A stretch of DNA of 63,785 nt, the filler included, from Cercozoa sp. M6MM (lineage: Eukaryota; Protista; Endomyxa: Ascetosporea): the NCBI GenBank assembly GCA_040357565.1. It is 10 parts of 10 records of this genome, joined end to end, with 100 filler letters (N's around TTAATTAATTAA, not from the genome) between each part and the next. Parts side by side here need not be neighbours in the genome. Positions count along the whole stretch, not along the records: positions 62,347 to 63,785 come from JBDODJ010002034.1; 9 more parts are not named here. The stretch is one strand, 5' to 3'. How positions within the stretch are numbered: position 1 is the stretch's first letter; each line of letters opens with the position of its first letter. Under the pieces are notes generated by a model. That model worked only from the letters and a program-made list of their open reading frames with translations. It made no database searches and had not been told where the DNA came from. Both the position numbers and the translations under genes were made by a program. This document shows, one piece after another, positions 62,366 to 63,785 of the stretch.

Positions 62366-63760
62366 TCAACGTGCGCCGTGGAGGCGGCCAAGGTGATGAA
62401 CCCGGACATGAAGGCGCACACCTGGACCATTGCCGTCGGTCCTGACACTGGTACAGACCATACCAGGGATGGGTCCATATGGACCGACATAGCCTCCCTC
62501 TGAAACACAGAGGACACGTTCAATGACGCGTTCTGGGCCTCGTTGGACTGCGTCGTCAATGCGCTCGACAATGTCAAGGTGCGTGTTTGCCCCTACCCCC
62601 TTACCCCTTACCCTTCATACCCTTTTACCCTCCTTACTCCTTTATCCTCCCCCCGGCAGGCGCGCAAGTACGTCGACAGCAAGTGCGTGTTCTTTGAGAA
62701 ACCGCTGCTGGAGTCGGGCACGCTGGGCACCAAGGCCAACACGCAGGTGCGTTTCTCCACCCCACGTGCCTGAGTGACCGTGCCTGAGTGACCACGTGAC
62801 TGGGTGACCACGTGGGTGACCACGTGTGTATGTGACTGGCGAGTGCAGGTGGTGTTCCCGCACGCCACGCAGAGTTACGGCGAGACCGAGGATCCGGAGG
62901 AGAAGGTGGGATTTGCCCCCTCCTCTTACCCCCCACCCCTCCCTCTTACCCACCTATCCCCGTACCTCTTGAACAGAGCATTCCGATGTGCACGCTGCGC
63001 AACTTCCCGCACCTGTTTGTTCACTGCGCCGAGTGGGCACGTGCTGAGTTTGAGGTACAGAGACTGTCTGGCACAAGGTTGTTGGAACAGGGTTGTTCAA
63101 ACAAGGCCGTTGGAACAAGGTTGTTGTTGTTGGTTTGCGCAGACACTGTTCGCCAACGGACCGGCTGAGACGAATTCGTTCCTGCGCGACACGGACAAGT
63201 AGTGCCGGTTTTTTGCCCCTTACCTCCTTTTACCCCCCCCCCCAGGTACTTTGAGCAGCTGGCGCGCGAAGGCAACGCCAAGGTCCAGCTGGTGTGTTTG
63301 CCTCCTTACACCTACCCTCTGTTTACCTGCCCTCTGTTTACCCCCCCCCCCCGCCGGGGGAGGCTGAAGGTGGTGCGCGAGTGGGTCCAGAAGATGCAGA
63401 CGGCCAAACAGGGCGGTACTGTCTCACACAGTGCCTAGGTAGTAGGTAGTACATGGATAGCCTTGTTTGCGCAGGTGATGCGGCACTGGCCGTGGCCGTG
63501 CAGATGGCACACACGTAGCTTTGACCTCCCTCCCCCCCCCCCCCCTTCCCCTTTCCCCCCCCCCCCCCCAGGTACTTCCATTCGCGCTTCCGCGACATGA
63601 TTGCGTCGCTGACGCGCGCCTTCCCGGAGGACGCTCGCGTGGTCGAGGACGGTGTCGATATGGGTAACACGGGATCATTTGACTGACTGACTGAAGGAGG
63701 GATCATCTGATTGGGCAGGACGGTTCTGGACGGGCAGCAAGATCTTCCCGCGACAGGCGG
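62366..63760 (+). CDS. UBA1: Ubiquitin-activating enzyme E1 (internal exons)
   Basis: [36 protein letters not shown], catalytic Cys in [22 protein letters not shown]. Confidence 0.92.
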
Positions 63761-63785
63761 TATCGCGCTACTTTTACCCCCCCCC

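Noticed and set aside
1-63785. Alternative genetic code, tRNA/rRNA/snRNA genes, CRISPR arrays or prokaryotic operons
   Set aside because: The conserved genes I spliced read through without in-frame stops in the standard code, and I saw no tRNA arms, snRNA signatures or regular repeat-spacer arrays by eye.

Overview
This is not a prokaryotic locus. It is compact, very intron-rich eukaryotic (protist-like) genomic DNA made of about 10 contigs joined by an artificial N44-TTAATTAATTAA-N44 linker, so genes across linkers are not true neighbours. Most ORFs in the supplied track are exon fragments or shadow ORFs. Hand-splicing through short GT-AG introns recovers: exportin-5-like C-terminus, TAPT1, an RCC1-repeat protein, a PrsW-family intramembrane protease, an F-BAR-RhoGAP, a peroxisomal SLC25 carrier, seryl-tRNA synthetase, kynurenine/glutamine aminotransferase, an SLC35F tail, a plant-GULLO-type aldonolactone oxidoreductase, an inositol 5-phosphatase with a WW domain, a WD40 protein, a bacterial-type Fe-S L-serine dehydratase with a mitochondrial-like presequence, proteasome beta1, RPAIN, TrmO, two divergent GST paralogs, NAC-beta, a Romo1/Mgr2-like protein, a C2HC zinc-finger array protein, a tandem calponin-homology protein, PP6 and a ubiquitin E1. 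Mobile DNA includes two solo LTRs of one family with 4-bp TSDs, a 5'-truncated LINE with a near-perfect TSD and structured 3' end plus related 3'-end copies, a Mutator-like MITE and a possible hAT end. Most notable: (1) a proteasome beta1 with Val at S1-pocket position 45, where constitutive beta1 has Arg and immunoproteasome beta1i has Leu; (2) strand-specific C-rich (TTTACCCCC)n tracts in introns of unrelated genes, together with weak GTAC-type donors; (3) intron-containing prokaryote-type enzymes (PrsW, SdaA); (4) apparent gene conversion between the GST paralogs. All gene boundaries are hand-spliced estimates and no database search was run.
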